Source: an uncultured Chloroflexia bacterium (GTDB lineage Bacteria; Chloroflexota; Limnocylindria; Limnocylindrales; CSP1-4). From it: a stretch of DNA of 64,000 nucleotides. The DNA is taken from the NCBI GenBank assembly GCA_963776545.1, contig CAVZND010000011.1:99487-163486 (forward strand), in the 5' to 3' direction. Both the position numbers and the translations under genes were made by a program. The notes under the pieces were generated by a model. That model did no database searches. It had not been told where the DNA came from and worked only from the letters and a program-made list of their open reading frames with translations. Below, piece by piece: positions 28,069-36,508 of the stretch (its first letter is position 1; each line of letters begins with the position of its first letter).

Positions 28069-29306
28069 CCGATCCCGCGCCGCTTCTCGAACACGACCTG
28101 CAGATCCTGGCTGATCCCGGTCGCGAAGCCTGCCTCGCTCAGTGCGAGGTAGTACTCCCACATCCGGATGAACCGGTCGTCGAACCCCATCCGCCGGACG
28201 GACTCGAGCTGGGCCATGAACCGCGTCCGCCAGGCCCGCAGCGTCAGCACGTAGCTGGGGCCGATGTCTGTCACGCCGCGGACCAACAGCCGGGTGTCGC
28301 GGGTCGCGCGTTCGATGACCGAGAGCGATGGGCAGAGACCGCCCGGGAAGATGTACGTCTGGATCCAGTTGGCCCCCCGGCGCTGCGTCTCGTAGGCGGC
28401 GTCCGGGAACGTGATCGACTGGAGGCTCATCCGCCCGCCTGGGACCAGCGCCGCGTCGCAGGTCCGGAAGAATGTCTCGAAGTACTCGGCGCCGACCGCC
28501 TCGAGCATCTCGATCGAGACGATCGCATCGTACGTGCCGCTGATCTCGCGGTAGTCGCGCAGCTGGACATCGATGAGGCCGTCGAGACCCGCGTCGCGGA
28601 CGCGCTCGCGGGCGAGCTCGAACTGCTCACGCGAGATCGTGATCGAGGTGACACGGCAGCCGATCTCGCCGGCGGCATACAGGGCGAACCCGCCCCATCC
28701 GGTGCCGATCTCCAGGACGTGGTCGCCTCGGGTCAGGCCCGCCCCCTCGGCCACGAGCCGGTACTTGTTGCGCTGAGCGTCGGCGAGGGACTGGTCGGGC
28801 GATGCGAAGACCGCGCTCGAGTAGGTCATGGTCTCGTCCAGGAACAGCCGGTAGAAGTCGTTGCCGAGATCGTAGTGGGCGGCGATGTTGCGCTGGCTCT
28901 GCCGGCGGGTGTTGCGCCGCAATCGATGGGCAAGCGTCCGTCGGAGCTGGGCGGGCACGCGCCACCAGCCACTCGACAACGCCAGCGCCTCTCGATTCAA
29001 GGCGGCAACGCGCAGGAGAACTGCCAGGTCCGGGCTCGACCAGAGACCGTCCATGTACGCTTCGCCGCCGCCGGTCTCGCCGCCGACGAGCATCCGGACG
29101 AGCGCCTTGCGGTCATGGATGCGGATCTCGCCCCGTTCCGGCGCCGTCGGGTCGCCGAAGACCTGGCTCGATCCGTCGGGGAGCACGACGGTCAGGGCGC
29201 CGACGCGGATGCGGGCCAAACCGGCCAGCCCGATGCGCCAGGCGATGCGTGCAAGGAATGAGTCGTCGGTCGCGGGAGCGCCTCCCGCAGTGATTCGCGT
29301 GTTCAT
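28065..29306 (-). CDS. cfa: cyclopropane-fatty-acyl-phospholipid synthase family SAM-dependent methyltransferase
   Basis: SAM motif VLEIGTGWGGFALYAA and the CFA-synthase family layout (NIAAHYDLGNDFY...). ATG 29306 overlaps the DUF1365 stop (ATGA). Confidence 0.9.
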   Translation of the reverse strand: MNTRITAGGAPATDDSFLARIAWRIGLAGLARIRVGALTVVLPDGSSQVFGDPTAPERGEIRIHDRKALVRMLVGGETGGGEAYMDGLWSSPDLAVLLRVAALNREALALSSGWWRVPAQLRRTLAHRLRRNTRRQSQRNIAAHYDLGNDFYRLFLDETMTYSSAVFASPDQSLADAQRNKYRLVAEGAGLTRGDHVLEIGTGWGGFALYAAGEIGCRVTSITISREQFELARERVRDAGLDGLIDVQLRDYREISGTYDAIVSIEMLEAVGAEYFETFFRTCDAALVPGGRMSLQSITFPDAAYETQRRGANWIQTYIFPGGLCPSLSVIERATRDTRLLVRGVTDIGPSYVLTLRAWRTRFMAQLESVRRMGFDDRFIRMWEYYLALSEAGFATGISQDLQVVFEKRRGIG

Positions 29307-30043
29307 CGCGTGGCAGCTCCATGTCGATGGAAGGCGGCCCCGCGCCGCCACAGCCGCAGGGCATGCCAGTGGATGAGCCCGATCGTCTTCTGGGTGACGA
29401 AGGGGTGACGGACGAGCATCCGCGCGACGGCCCGATCCGTGAGCGGCCGGCGGGTGAGGTCGAGGCTTGTGTGCAGGAGCAGTTCGCTAGCCTGGTCCTC
29501 GTTGATCGAGATCCGTAGTCGCCCCGGCTCGTCGCGGACTCGGACCGTGTAGCGCCCGACCATCTCGATGAAGGGCGAAACGTAGAAGTCCTTGTCCATC
29601 GAGGCCGCGAAGTCAAGCTCGTTCGTCGGGCGGCGGAGGGTGTACAGGTGCCGTTCGCGATAGGTGTTGTGGACCTCGACGATGACGACCTGCAGCTCGC
29701 CGGCAGCATCCCGGCATAGATAGAAGCTCGCCGGGTTGAAGACATAGCCGAAGACCCGCAGGTTGGCGATGAGGGTGATCCGCCATCCGTCCGGATCGAT
29801 CCCCTCCGTTCGAAGGAGCGCGCGGGCCGCCTCGGACAGATCCACCGCCGGCGGGGCCAAGTGGTCCCCGTCCCGGAACGAGAGGAGATTGGGCCGGTTG
29901 CGGCTGACGAGCCGGACCTTGCGGGGCACCACATCGAGCTCATCGAGATCAAGCGCGACGTAGTAGACGTCGTGCTCGAGCGCGTACACGAACGGACGGG
30001 CGCGGCGGTGGCGCACCTTGCCCTCGAGCAAATGCGACCTCAC
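29303..30043 (-). CDS. DUF1365 domain-containing protein
   Basis: [32 protein letters not shown]... is the typical DUF1365 N-terminus. GTG 30043 overlaps the upstream stop (GTGA). Confidence 0.88.
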   Translation of the reverse strand: MRSHLLEGKVRHRRARPFVYALEHDVYYVALDLDELDVVPRKVRLVSRNRPNLLSFRDGDHLAPPAVDLSEAARALLRTEGIDPDGWRITLIANLRVFGYVFNPASFYLCRDAAGELQVVIVEVHNTYRERHLYTLRRPTNELDFAASMDKDFYVSPFIEMVGRYTVRVRDEPGRLRISINEDQASELLLHTSLDLTRRPLTDRAVARMLVRHPFVTQKTIGLIHWHALRLWRRGAAFHRHGAATR

Positions 30044-31311
30044 GCCGCACGCTCCTGGACGGCCGGTAACAGCAGCTCGGCTACCTCGAATCCGGATCGA
30101 CAACCGTCCTCGTGGAACCCGTAGCCAAGGTGGGCCCCGGCGTAGAAGGTGCGCCGTCGGCCCTGGAGTTCCCGTACGGCCCCCTGGGCATCCAGCGTGC
30201 GGAACGTGTAGAGCGGGTGACTGAAGCTCCGTTCCACGAGGACGCGCTCCCGATCCACCCGGTCGCCCGAATTCACTGATGTGAAGTACTGGACCGGCCC
30301 TGGCAGCGACTGCAACCGGTTCATGTGGTACGTCATAGCGAGCCCTTCGCCCGGTCGCCGGCAGTCCGCCTGGTCGACGTTCCAGGAAGCCCAGGCACGA
30401 CGTCGCCGGGGCATGAGCCGGGCGTCCGTGTGGAGCGTGACCTGGTTCCTGTTGTACTCGAATGCCCCGAGGACGGCTCGCTCGTGCGGATCGGCATCGC
30501 GCAGGACCGCCAGCGCGTCATCCGCATGCGTCGCGATGACGACCGCGTCGAACCGTTCGGTTGCGCCGGCGGCTGTCATGACGGTGACCCCCAGGTCGTC
30601 GCGAACCACGCCGACGACCGCATCCCCGGACCGCACCGACCCCGCCGGGAGCGCGGCGACGATGCGCCGGACGTACGCCATCGAACCACCGCTGATCGTC
30701 CGCCACTGGAAGGATCGGCCGACCCCGATCAGGCCGTGGTTGTCGAGGAACCGCAGGAGATAGTCGATCGGGAAGTCGAGGATCCGCTCCGGCGCCGTCG
30801 ACCACACCGCCGAGGTGATCGGGATGATGAAGTGGTTGCGGAAGCCCGACCCGTAGCCACCGTCGTCGAGGAAGTCGCCCAGCGTGGCGCGCGACAGCGT
30901 GTTCGCGTCGAGAAGCCGCCGAGCCTCGCCGTAGAACCGCAGGACATCCGTGATCATCCGCCAATGGGAGGGACGGACGACCGAATCGGTTCGCGCGAAA
31001 TAGCCGCGCGCACCGCGCGAGCTGAAGGCCACGCGACAGGCATGGCAAGCGGAGCCCAGGGACATGTCGCTCGGCTGCGTCTCCACGCCGAGTTCGGCCA
31101 GGAGTCCGGTGAAGCGCGGGTACGTGCGTTCGTTGTAGACGATGAATCCGGTGTCGACGGGAATGGCCCCACCATCGGCTTCCACGGGTACGGTCTTGAC
31201 ATGCCCGCCGACCGCCGGTTCCGATTCGAACAGCCGGACCTCGTGGTCCGTCCGCAGAGCGTATGCGGCGGTCAGCCCGCTCACGCCGCCCCCCACGACG
31301 GCGATCCTCAT
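30040..31311 (-). CDS. NAD/FAD-binding amine-oxidase-like oxidoreductase (partner of DUF1365/CFA synthase)
   Basis: ATG 31311 ([19 protein letters not shown]...[10 protein letters not shown] dinucleotide fold). The N-terminal 380 aa of listed ORF 30040..32460 is antisense to the SDR gene. Confidence 0.9.
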   Translation of the reverse strand: MRIAVVGGGVSGLTAAYALRTDHEVRLFESEPAVGGHVKTVPVEADGGAIPVDTGFIVYNERTYPRFTGLLAELGVETQPSDMSLGSACHACRVAFSSRGARGYFARTDSVVRPSHWRMITDVLRFYGEARRLLDANTLSRATLGDFLDDGGYGSGFRNHFIIPITSAVWSTAPERILDFPIDYLLRFLDNHGLIGVGRSFQWRTISGGSMAYVRRIVAALPAGSVRSGDAVVGVVRDDLGVTVMTAAGATERFDAVVIATHADDALAVLRDADPHERAVLGAFEYNRNQVTLHTDARLMPRRRRAWASWNVDQADCRRPGEGLAMTYHMNRLQSLPGPVQYFTSVNSGDRVDRERVLVERSFSHPLYTFRTLDAQGAVRELQGRRRTFYAGAHLGYGFHEDGCRSGFEVAELLLPAVQERAA

Positions 31312-31781
31312 GACGGGTCCGCCTGGAACTGGCCACCCGCGGTATCGGCCCGAGCGTCGAGGGCGCGCTGCATCCCGGCGAGCGCATCGCGGCCAAGCTT
31401 CGCGAACGCCCGACCGAGGAACGGCTGGACGAGCCGCAGGACGCCGCCCAACCGGATGTCGGCCGAGTAGTCGATCCGGGTGCCGCTCCCGGATGGTTCG
31501 AAGCGGATCTCGTCGACCGCCGAGACCCCCGAACCCTGCCCCACGAGGACGACCCGGTGGGGCGGCTGGAAGGTGGAGATCCGGTACTCCATCGGGGCGA
31601 CCCGGCCCCCAAGTCGGACATCCAGTCGATAGCGGGCGCCGAGCCCGACAGGGCCGTCGTCGATCCGTTCGGAGGTGACGGTGCCGGGGTCCCAATGCAT
31701 CGCGTTCGCGAAGTCCGCGATGAAGGCGAACGCCGCCTCCGGTTCCAGCGGCGTTTCGATGTGCTCGGTGATCCTGGTCAC
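31308..31781 (-). CDS. SRPBCC family (polyketide cyclase/dehydrase-like) protein
   Basis: [30 protein letters not shown]... SRPBCC pattern. GTG 31781. Its stop overlaps the next ATG (ATGA at 31308-31311). Confidence 0.8.
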   Translation of the reverse strand: MTRITEHIETPLEPEAAFAFIADFANAMHWDPGTVTSERIDDGPVGLGARYRLDVRLGGRVAPMEYRISTFQPPHRVVLVGQGSGVSAVDEIRFEPSGSGTRIDYSADIRLGGVLRLVQPFLGRAFAKLGRDALAGMQRALDARADTAGGQFQADPS

Positions 31782-31867
31782 GGTCGACTCCGATCCGGGT
31801 GATACTCGGGCGCACGGGGGACCCATCCGGACCAAGCGATGGCCGGTCCGCCGGTGCGATCCGAGAG

Positions 31868-32866
31868 GTGTTGGTGGACGTCAGGACGCTCATCGACGGC
31901 GGCCTCGAGATGTCGGTCGTGGCGAGCTTCAGTCGGGTAGGCATCGCCGTTCGCCGACGGCTGTTCCGCTGGACTGCGCCACCGGCCGATGCGCTCGCGG
32001 GCCGGACGGTCCTGATCACGGGCCCGACGTCCGGCCTGGGCCGTGCGGCGACGGAAGCTTTCGCCGGACTCGGGGCGCGCGTGATCCTCGTCGGCCGCAG
32101 CCGGGAACGGCTCACAGCGGTTCGGGATGCCCTCGTGGCCGTCCACGGCGAGGACCGCTTCCCGATCGTCGTGGCCGACATGGGCTCGCTCGACTCGGTC
32201 CGCGCGGCCGTCGAGCGCGTGCTGGCCACCGAGTCGCGGCTCGACGTCCTCGTCGACAACGCGGGCGCGATCTTCCCCGAACGGACCGACGGGCCGGACG
32301 GGATCGAGGCCACCCTGGCGACCCTGGTCGTGGGGCCCTTCACCCTCGTGTCGGGCCTCCTGCCGCTGCTCCGGCAGACCGAGGGATCGCGGGTCATCGC
32401 CGTGACCTCGGGTGGCATGTACACGCAGGGCGTCCGCTTTGACGACCTGCAGTGGGTCACCGAGCCGTTCTCGGGCCCGCGGGCCTATGCCGGCGCCAAG
32501 CGGATCCAGGTCGCGCTCATGCGGGAGTGGGCGCGTCGGCTTACGCCGTCCAACGGCTCGTCCGGCATCACCGTCAACGCGATGCATCCCGGTTGGGCCG
32601 ACACGCCGGGACTCGCCGAGGCCCTGCCGGGCTTCTATCGCTTGATGGGTCCGGTCCTCCGAACCCCGGCCGAAGGGGTGGACACGCTCGTGTGGCTGGC
32701 TGCGTCGCCCGAAGCCGGAGTGCGGAGCGGCGAACTCTTCCTGGACCGCCGCCCGAGGCCCTTCGACCGCTTCCCGGGGACGCGTCTCTCGCCCGTCGAT
32801 CGCCGACGTCTTTGGCGAATGGTCGTGGAGTTGTCCGGTGTGCCCGACCCCCTTCCCGAAGGCTGA
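31868..32866 (+). CDS. SDR family oxidoreductase (DHRS12-like)
   Basis: [10 protein letters not shown] cofactor motif, NAG, and catalytic YAGAKR. Divergent from the SRPBCC operon. GTG 31868 chosen; ATG 31910 is an alternative. Confidence 0.88.
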   Translation: MLVDVRTLIDGGLEMSVVASFSRVGIAVRRRLFRWTAPPADALAGRTVLITGPTSGLGRAATEAFAGLGARVILVGRSRERLTAVRDALVAVHGEDRFPIVVADMGSLDSVRAAVERVLATESRLDVLVDNAGAIFPERTDGPDGIEATLATLVVGPFTLVSGLLPLLRQTEGSRVIAVTSGGMYTQGVRFDDLQWVTEPFSGPRAYAGAKRIQVALMREWARRLTPSNGSSGITVNAMHPGWADTPGLAEALPGFYRLMGPVLRTPAEGVDTLVWLAASPEAGVRSGELFLDRRPRPFDRFPGTRLSPVDRRRLWRMVVELSGVPDPLPEG

Positions 32867-33040
32867 GGCGGCGAACCTCGACGAAACCGCGCTGGGGGCA
32901 TGGTTTGCGGACACGGCGATAGGCGTGGTCTTCGGCTCGGATCGGCGATCCACTGACGGGGACTCCTGGTCGTGAACGAGGTGGCTCCGGGCCCCCTCGA
33001 GTCGAGGTTGGTGTTCACCCTTTGTTTAAGGTATGCCGAA

Positions 33041-33090
33041 CTGTAGCGGCAGTGTCCAGGGATTGTCAAGCTATTCTGGGTGCGTATACT
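33041..33090 (+). promoter_or_regulatory. promoter of the CarH/LitR gene with 11-bp-phased TGT repeats (candidate CarH operator); near-leaderless
   Basis: -35 TTGTCA (33063-33068), 16-nt spacer, -10 TATACT (33085-33090), ATG at 33100. TGT recurs at 33042, 33053 and 33064. tTGTcaAgcTa matches the reverse complement of the CarH direct-repeat pattern nAnnTnnACAn as I recall it. Confidence 0.45.
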
Positions 33091-33099
33091 CAACAAAGC

Positions 33100-34053
33100 A
33101 TGTACACAATCAAACAGGCCGCGGCCCGCACCGGCCTCAGCGTCCCGGTCATCCGGGTCTGGGAGCGCCGGTATGGCGTCGTGCAGCCGAGCCGTACTCC
33201 GGCCGGCTACCGGCTCTACGACGAGGAGTCGATCGCCCGCCTGGCCGCGATGCGCCGATTGGTCGCCGAGGAGGGCTGGCAGCCAAGGCAAGCGGCGCAA
33301 CGGGTGCTCGAGCCTGGGTTCGATCCGCTGGAGGCAGTCGGCGAAAGCGCGGGCCGGGCCGATCGGGCCGGATCGTCGATCGGCTTGGTCACCGGCGTCG
33401 GGCAGCGAGATCAAGAGGTGTCGCTAGTGCGCGCGTTCGTCGCCGCGGCCCACGACCTGGACGTTCCGGCCATGGAGCGGATCCTTGACGAGGGATTCGC
33501 GTCCCATCGCTTTGAGCTGGCGATCGAGGCTCTTGTCTCTCCGGCAATGCGAGCTATCGGCATCGCCTGGGCCCAGGACGAGATCGACGTCGGCGCTGAA
33601 CATGCGGCGAGCGAAACGGTCCGACGACGGCTGGCGCGCTTCTACGATGCGGCCGGGCTCGGTGACCGGGTACCACGTGTGGTCGTCGGCCTGCCCCCGG
33701 ATGGGCAGCACGAGATCGGGGCATTCGCCTTCGCCGTGGCCACCCGGCGGGCCGGGCTCGAAGTGCTCTATCTCGGTGCGAACGTGCCGCTGGAGAGCTG
33801 GCTCCGGACCGTCGATGAGACCATGGCGCCGGTCGTCGTCATGGGGGTGGTGACGCCGTCCGATGTCGTAGCGGCGGGCGTCGTGATCGACGCGCTCGGC
33901 CAGTCAGCCAGATCGCCGATCTGCCTCGTCGGCGGCCCGCTGTCCGCCGATTCGCTCGGCGGACTCGAGACCATCCGCCTTCCGACGCCACTCGACGACG
34001 CGGTGGCGGCGGTGGCCAGGCTCCTCGGCTCCGACGAACGGGCCCCCCGCTGA
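33100..34053 (+). CDS. MerR family, cobalamin-binding light-responsive transcriptional regulator (CarH/LitR type)
   Basis: MerR HTH (MYTIKQAAARTGLSVPVIRVWERRYGVVQPSRTPAGYRLY). B12-binding_2 helix bundle with W-x9-EH (AWAQDEIDVGAEH). B12-binding Rossmann domain with the His loop (PPDGQHEIG). Confidence 0.9.
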   Translation: MYTIKQAAARTGLSVPVIRVWERRYGVVQPSRTPAGYRLYDEESIARLAAMRRLVAEEGWQPRQAAQRVLEPGFDPLEAVGESAGRADRAGSSIGLVTGVGQRDQEVSLVRAFVAAAHDLDVPAMERILDEGFASHRFELAIEALVSPAMRAIGIAWAQDEIDVGAEHAASETVRRRLARFYDAAGLGDRVPRVVVGLPPDGQHEIGAFAFAVATRRAGLEVLYLGANVPLESWLRTVDETMAPVVVMGVVTPSDVVAAGVVIDALGQSARSPICLVGGPLSADSLGGLETIRLPTPLDDAVAAVARLLGSDERAPR

Positions 34054-34093
34054 GGCGACCCTGGTGTCAGGACGCCGGAGCGGCGTGCGTCCA

Positions 34094-34960
34094 TCACGGG
34101 ACCGGTCGAGCGCCGCGTCCCCTCAGCGCTTGGATCAAGTCGCCAAGCATTCGCGGGTCCGGGACCCATCCGTCCGCGCCGAGATCTAGCGCCGCCCGCT
34201 CGTCGGGGATCGCGTGTCCGCCGACCAACCGTGGAACCGACGGCCGTTCCCGACGGGCGGCGGCCAAGAGGCGCCCGGCTGCCGGTCGACGCTCGCTGTC
34301 GACGACACTCACGATGACCGCGGCCAACGATCCTGCATCGTGCATCGCAGCGGCAAACGACGCCGTCGGAGTGTCGGGGCCCAGGTTGAGGACGCCATAT
34401 CCGGCGTGGGCGAGGATGTCGGCGAGCATCGCGACCCCGAGTCCGTGACGTTCGCCGGGCGGCATCGCCACGATGACGACGCCCTTCTTGCGGCCTGGGC
34501 GCGCGAAGCGCGGGCCCAGGCGTCCGATCAGCGTCGCAGCCACACTGCTCGCGAGATGCTCCTGGTCGATGGAGATGTCGCCCGATCGCCACGACGCCCC
34601 GATGTCGCGGAGCGTCGGCGTGAGGATGCTCACGTAGATCTCGCCTGGCTCGAGTCCCGAGGCCATGGCCGCTTCGACGACTTGCCAGCTGCCCGCCGCG
34701 TCGCCGCTGAGCATTCGCGCCTGGAGACGCTCCTGCCAGGTCGATACCCGCGGATGACCAGTCCCGCGGCGGCGACGACCACGGTCGGGCGTTGTGGTCG
34801 TCCGCTCGAGATCGGCGGGATCGACCATCCACGTTCCGCCGACCTTCCGTGCCGGCAGGATCCCCAGCCGAACGCGCCGGTAGATCGTCATGTAGTGGAC
34901 GCCGACGCGTTCGGCCGCCTCGTGCAGGCTGAGATGACCGGACGCGTCGGATGGGGTCAA
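34094..34960 (-). CDS. excisionase-type HTH + cobalamin-binding domain protein (second CarH-type photoreceptor candidate)
   Basis: HTH (LSLHEAAERVGVHYMTIYRRVRLGILPARKVGGTWMV), W-x9-EH (SWRSGDISIDQEH), His loop (PPGERHGLG). TTG 34960 overlaps the heliorhodopsin stop (TTGA at 34957-34960). Confidence 0.85.
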   Translation of the reverse strand: MTPSDASGHLSLHEAAERVGVHYMTIYRRVRLGILPARKVGGTWMVDPADLERTTTTPDRGRRRRGTGHPRVSTWQERLQARMLSGDAAGSWQVVEAAMASGLEPGEIYVSILTPTLRDIGASWRSGDISIDQEHLASSVAATLIGRLGPRFARPGRKKGVVIVAMPPGERHGLGVAMLADILAHAGYGVLNLGPDTPTASFAAAMHDAGSLAAVIVSVVDSERRPAAGRLLAAARRERPSVPRLVGGHAIPDERAALDLGADGWVPDPRMLGDLIQALRGRGARPVP

Positions 34961-35727
34961 CCCGCCAGCGTCCCCGCGAACACCTGCCAGGCGAGCGCCG
35001 ACTTCGCGACCAGGCTGAGCATGAAATAGGCCCTCTCGCCGAAGACGTACGACTGCCAGCGACCGACCCGCCGGTACTGGAGCCACATGTTAAGCGCGAA
35101 TATGTTGAAGAAGACGAAGAGCGAAAGGAAGATCGCGTAGACGAAGGCGGGCGGCTCGGCCGCACTTCCTGGTGACCAAAGGTAGACACCAACGGCCAAC
35201 CACGGCGCGATCCCCACGACGCACCCAAGCCAGAACGGCCACAGCGAGCCGCCCGGCCGCTCGTATCGCTCCTGGACCGCACCGAAGAAGATCATCGCTG
35301 CGTTGGCGGCGAAGATGCCGATGAGTGCCGCGACATCGCTGATCCCGGTGAGCATCGCGATGAGCACGATCATCACCGACGATGAGAGCGAGTACTCGGC
35401 CCAGCGAAAGTAGTTGTGCTCCGCCCCCAGTCCGGCGATGTAGCGCCCGAACACGCCGGGCAGCGCCACGAGCCAGTGGAACACGGCCGACAGCAGGAGG
35501 AAGAGGGCGACGCCCCAAGCCACGGAGACTTCGAACAGCGGGATCGGCGCGCTGGCCGGGGTGCCCGGCGGCCCCTCCATGAACGTCGCCGTTACCGGCA
35601 GCGCGAAGGCGGTCGCGAGGGCGAGGACGGCGACGGCCTGGATGGCATGGACGAAGCCCAGCCCGATGTTCCAGCGCCGCAGGGAGGCGGCCCGGGTGAC
35701 AGGGAGGTCCAAGGTTGGCGAGATCAT
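34957..35727 (-). CDS. heliorhodopsin
   Basis: Blocks EGPPGT, SAVFHWLV, FRWAEYSLSSSVMIVLIA, PFWLGCVVGIAPW, FVFFNIFALNMWLQYR and GERAYFMLSLVAKSALAWQVFAGTL (TM7 Lys) match heliorhodopsin 48C12 almost residue for residue as I recall it. ATG 35727 chosen; GTG 35748 (after AAAGGAA) is an alternative. Confidence 0.92.
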   Translation of the reverse strand: MISPTLDLPVTRAASLRRWNIGLGFVHAIQAVAVLALATAFALPVTATFMEGPPGTPASAPIPLFEVSVAWGVALFLLLSAVFHWLVALPGVFGRYIAGLGAEHNYFRWAEYSLSSSVMIVLIAMLTGISDVAALIGIFAANAAMIFFGAVQERYERPGGSLWPFWLGCVVGIAPWLAVGVYLWSPGSAAEPPAFVYAIFLSLFVFFNIFALNMWLQYRRVGRWQSYVFGERAYFMLSLVAKSALAWQVFAGTLAG

Positions 35728-35775
35728 GCGTTGGTCGGTGGCGATCACAGACTGAGTTCCTTTGCATGGGGATGC

Positions 35776-35807
35776 GGGTGGAGCCCGGAGGAGAACGGGC
35801 CCCACCC
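35776..35807 (-). terminator. 12-bp stem hairpin between the fasciclin gene and heliorhodopsin
   Basis: Minus-strand RNA GGGUGGGGCCCG-uucuccuc-CGGGCUCCACCC (one G-U pair). No U-tract. It sits 28 nt after the fasciclin stop and 28-48 nt before the heliorhodopsin start. Confidence 0.45.
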
Positions 35808-35834
35808 TGGGACTGGGCTGGGTGGTTCGCTGGG

Positions 35835-36430
35835 TCAGTCGGCCGGCGGCAGGATGACAGCGTCGATGACGTGGATGACGCCATTGGACGCCAACACGTC
35901 GGCGGTGACGACCTTGGCGCTACCGTTCAGGAAGACGGTTCCGTCCTTGACGGACGACAGCTGATGGGCGATCCCTCGACCGAGTCGGCAGAGGTGAGTC
36001 CGACGACCTTGTCGGCCGTCACGGCCGCGGGGACGACGTGATACAGCAGGACCTTCTTGAGGGCTTCCTTGTCGGCGAGCAACCCCTCGAGCGTGCCGGC
36101 AGGCAGCGCGGCGAACGCCTCGTCGGTCGGGGCGAAGACGGTGAACGGACCGTCGCCCTGGAGCGTCTCCACGAGACCGGCGGCCTTGGCCGCGGTCAGC
36201 AGGGTGGTGAACGAGCCCGCTTCGGTGGCGGTCTCGACGATGTCCTTTGCCATGGCGTCAGCCGACGGCGAAGGCGCCATGCTCGGGGATGCGGCGTTGG
36301 TCGATGCCGGGCTCGGAGTGGACACGACGGTTGGCGCTGCGCTCGGCGACGCGGCGGACGAGCAGGCCGCGATCGCGATCGCGAGCGCTGGCACGAGGAG
36401 GACGATGGATCGCTTCATGGTCGATGACAT
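35835..36430 (-). pseudogene. fasciclin (FAS1) domain lipoprotein, reading frame broken by an apparent 1-nt deletion near 35958-35965
   Basis: Lipobox AIAACSS and FAS1 blocks [13 protein letters not shown] and LLYHVV. ORF 35927..36430 ends in ...[17 protein letters not shown]. The conserved FAS1 C-terminus ([41 protein letters not shown], stop at 35835-35837) continues in another frame. Confidence 0.8.
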
Positions 36431-36479
36431 TCCTTCAGGCTTCGGCTTGTTGTGTCGGGCAGCCCGACGTTGCCCGCGA

Positions 36480-36508
36480 AGTATTTAGCACTAAATACAA
36501 TCTGTCAA
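36480..36508 (-). promoter_or_regulatory. sigma70-like promoter of the fasciclin gene with an embedded 18-bp palindrome
   Basis: Minus strand: TTGACA (36503-36508), 17-nt spacer, AATACT (36480-36485). The palindrome GTATTTAG-ca-CTAAATAC (36481-36498) fills the spacer and -10. A second palindrome GTCGGGCaGCCCGAC (36454-36468) lies in the 5' UTR. Confidence 0.5.

Noticed and set aside
30040-31311. Could the FAD oxidoreductase be a phytoene desaturase (CrtI) supplying retinal precursors for the heliorhodopsin?
   Set aside because: Its sequence and its tight coupling to DUF1365 and CFA synthase fit the conserved COG2907-type partner of that cluster, not carotenoid desaturases. No crtE/B/Y or blh genes are nearby.
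31312-32460. N-terminal 383 aa of ORF 30040..32460 and the 391-aa ORF 31778..32953
   Set aside because: Antisense to the SDR gene. The oxidoreductase dinucleotide-binding N-terminus ([12 protein letters not shown]) starts at 31311.
32635-33414. 259-aa minus-strand ORF spanning the CarH promoter region
   Set aside because: It crosses an AT-rich promoter island and runs antisense to the MerR HTH coding region. No motifs.
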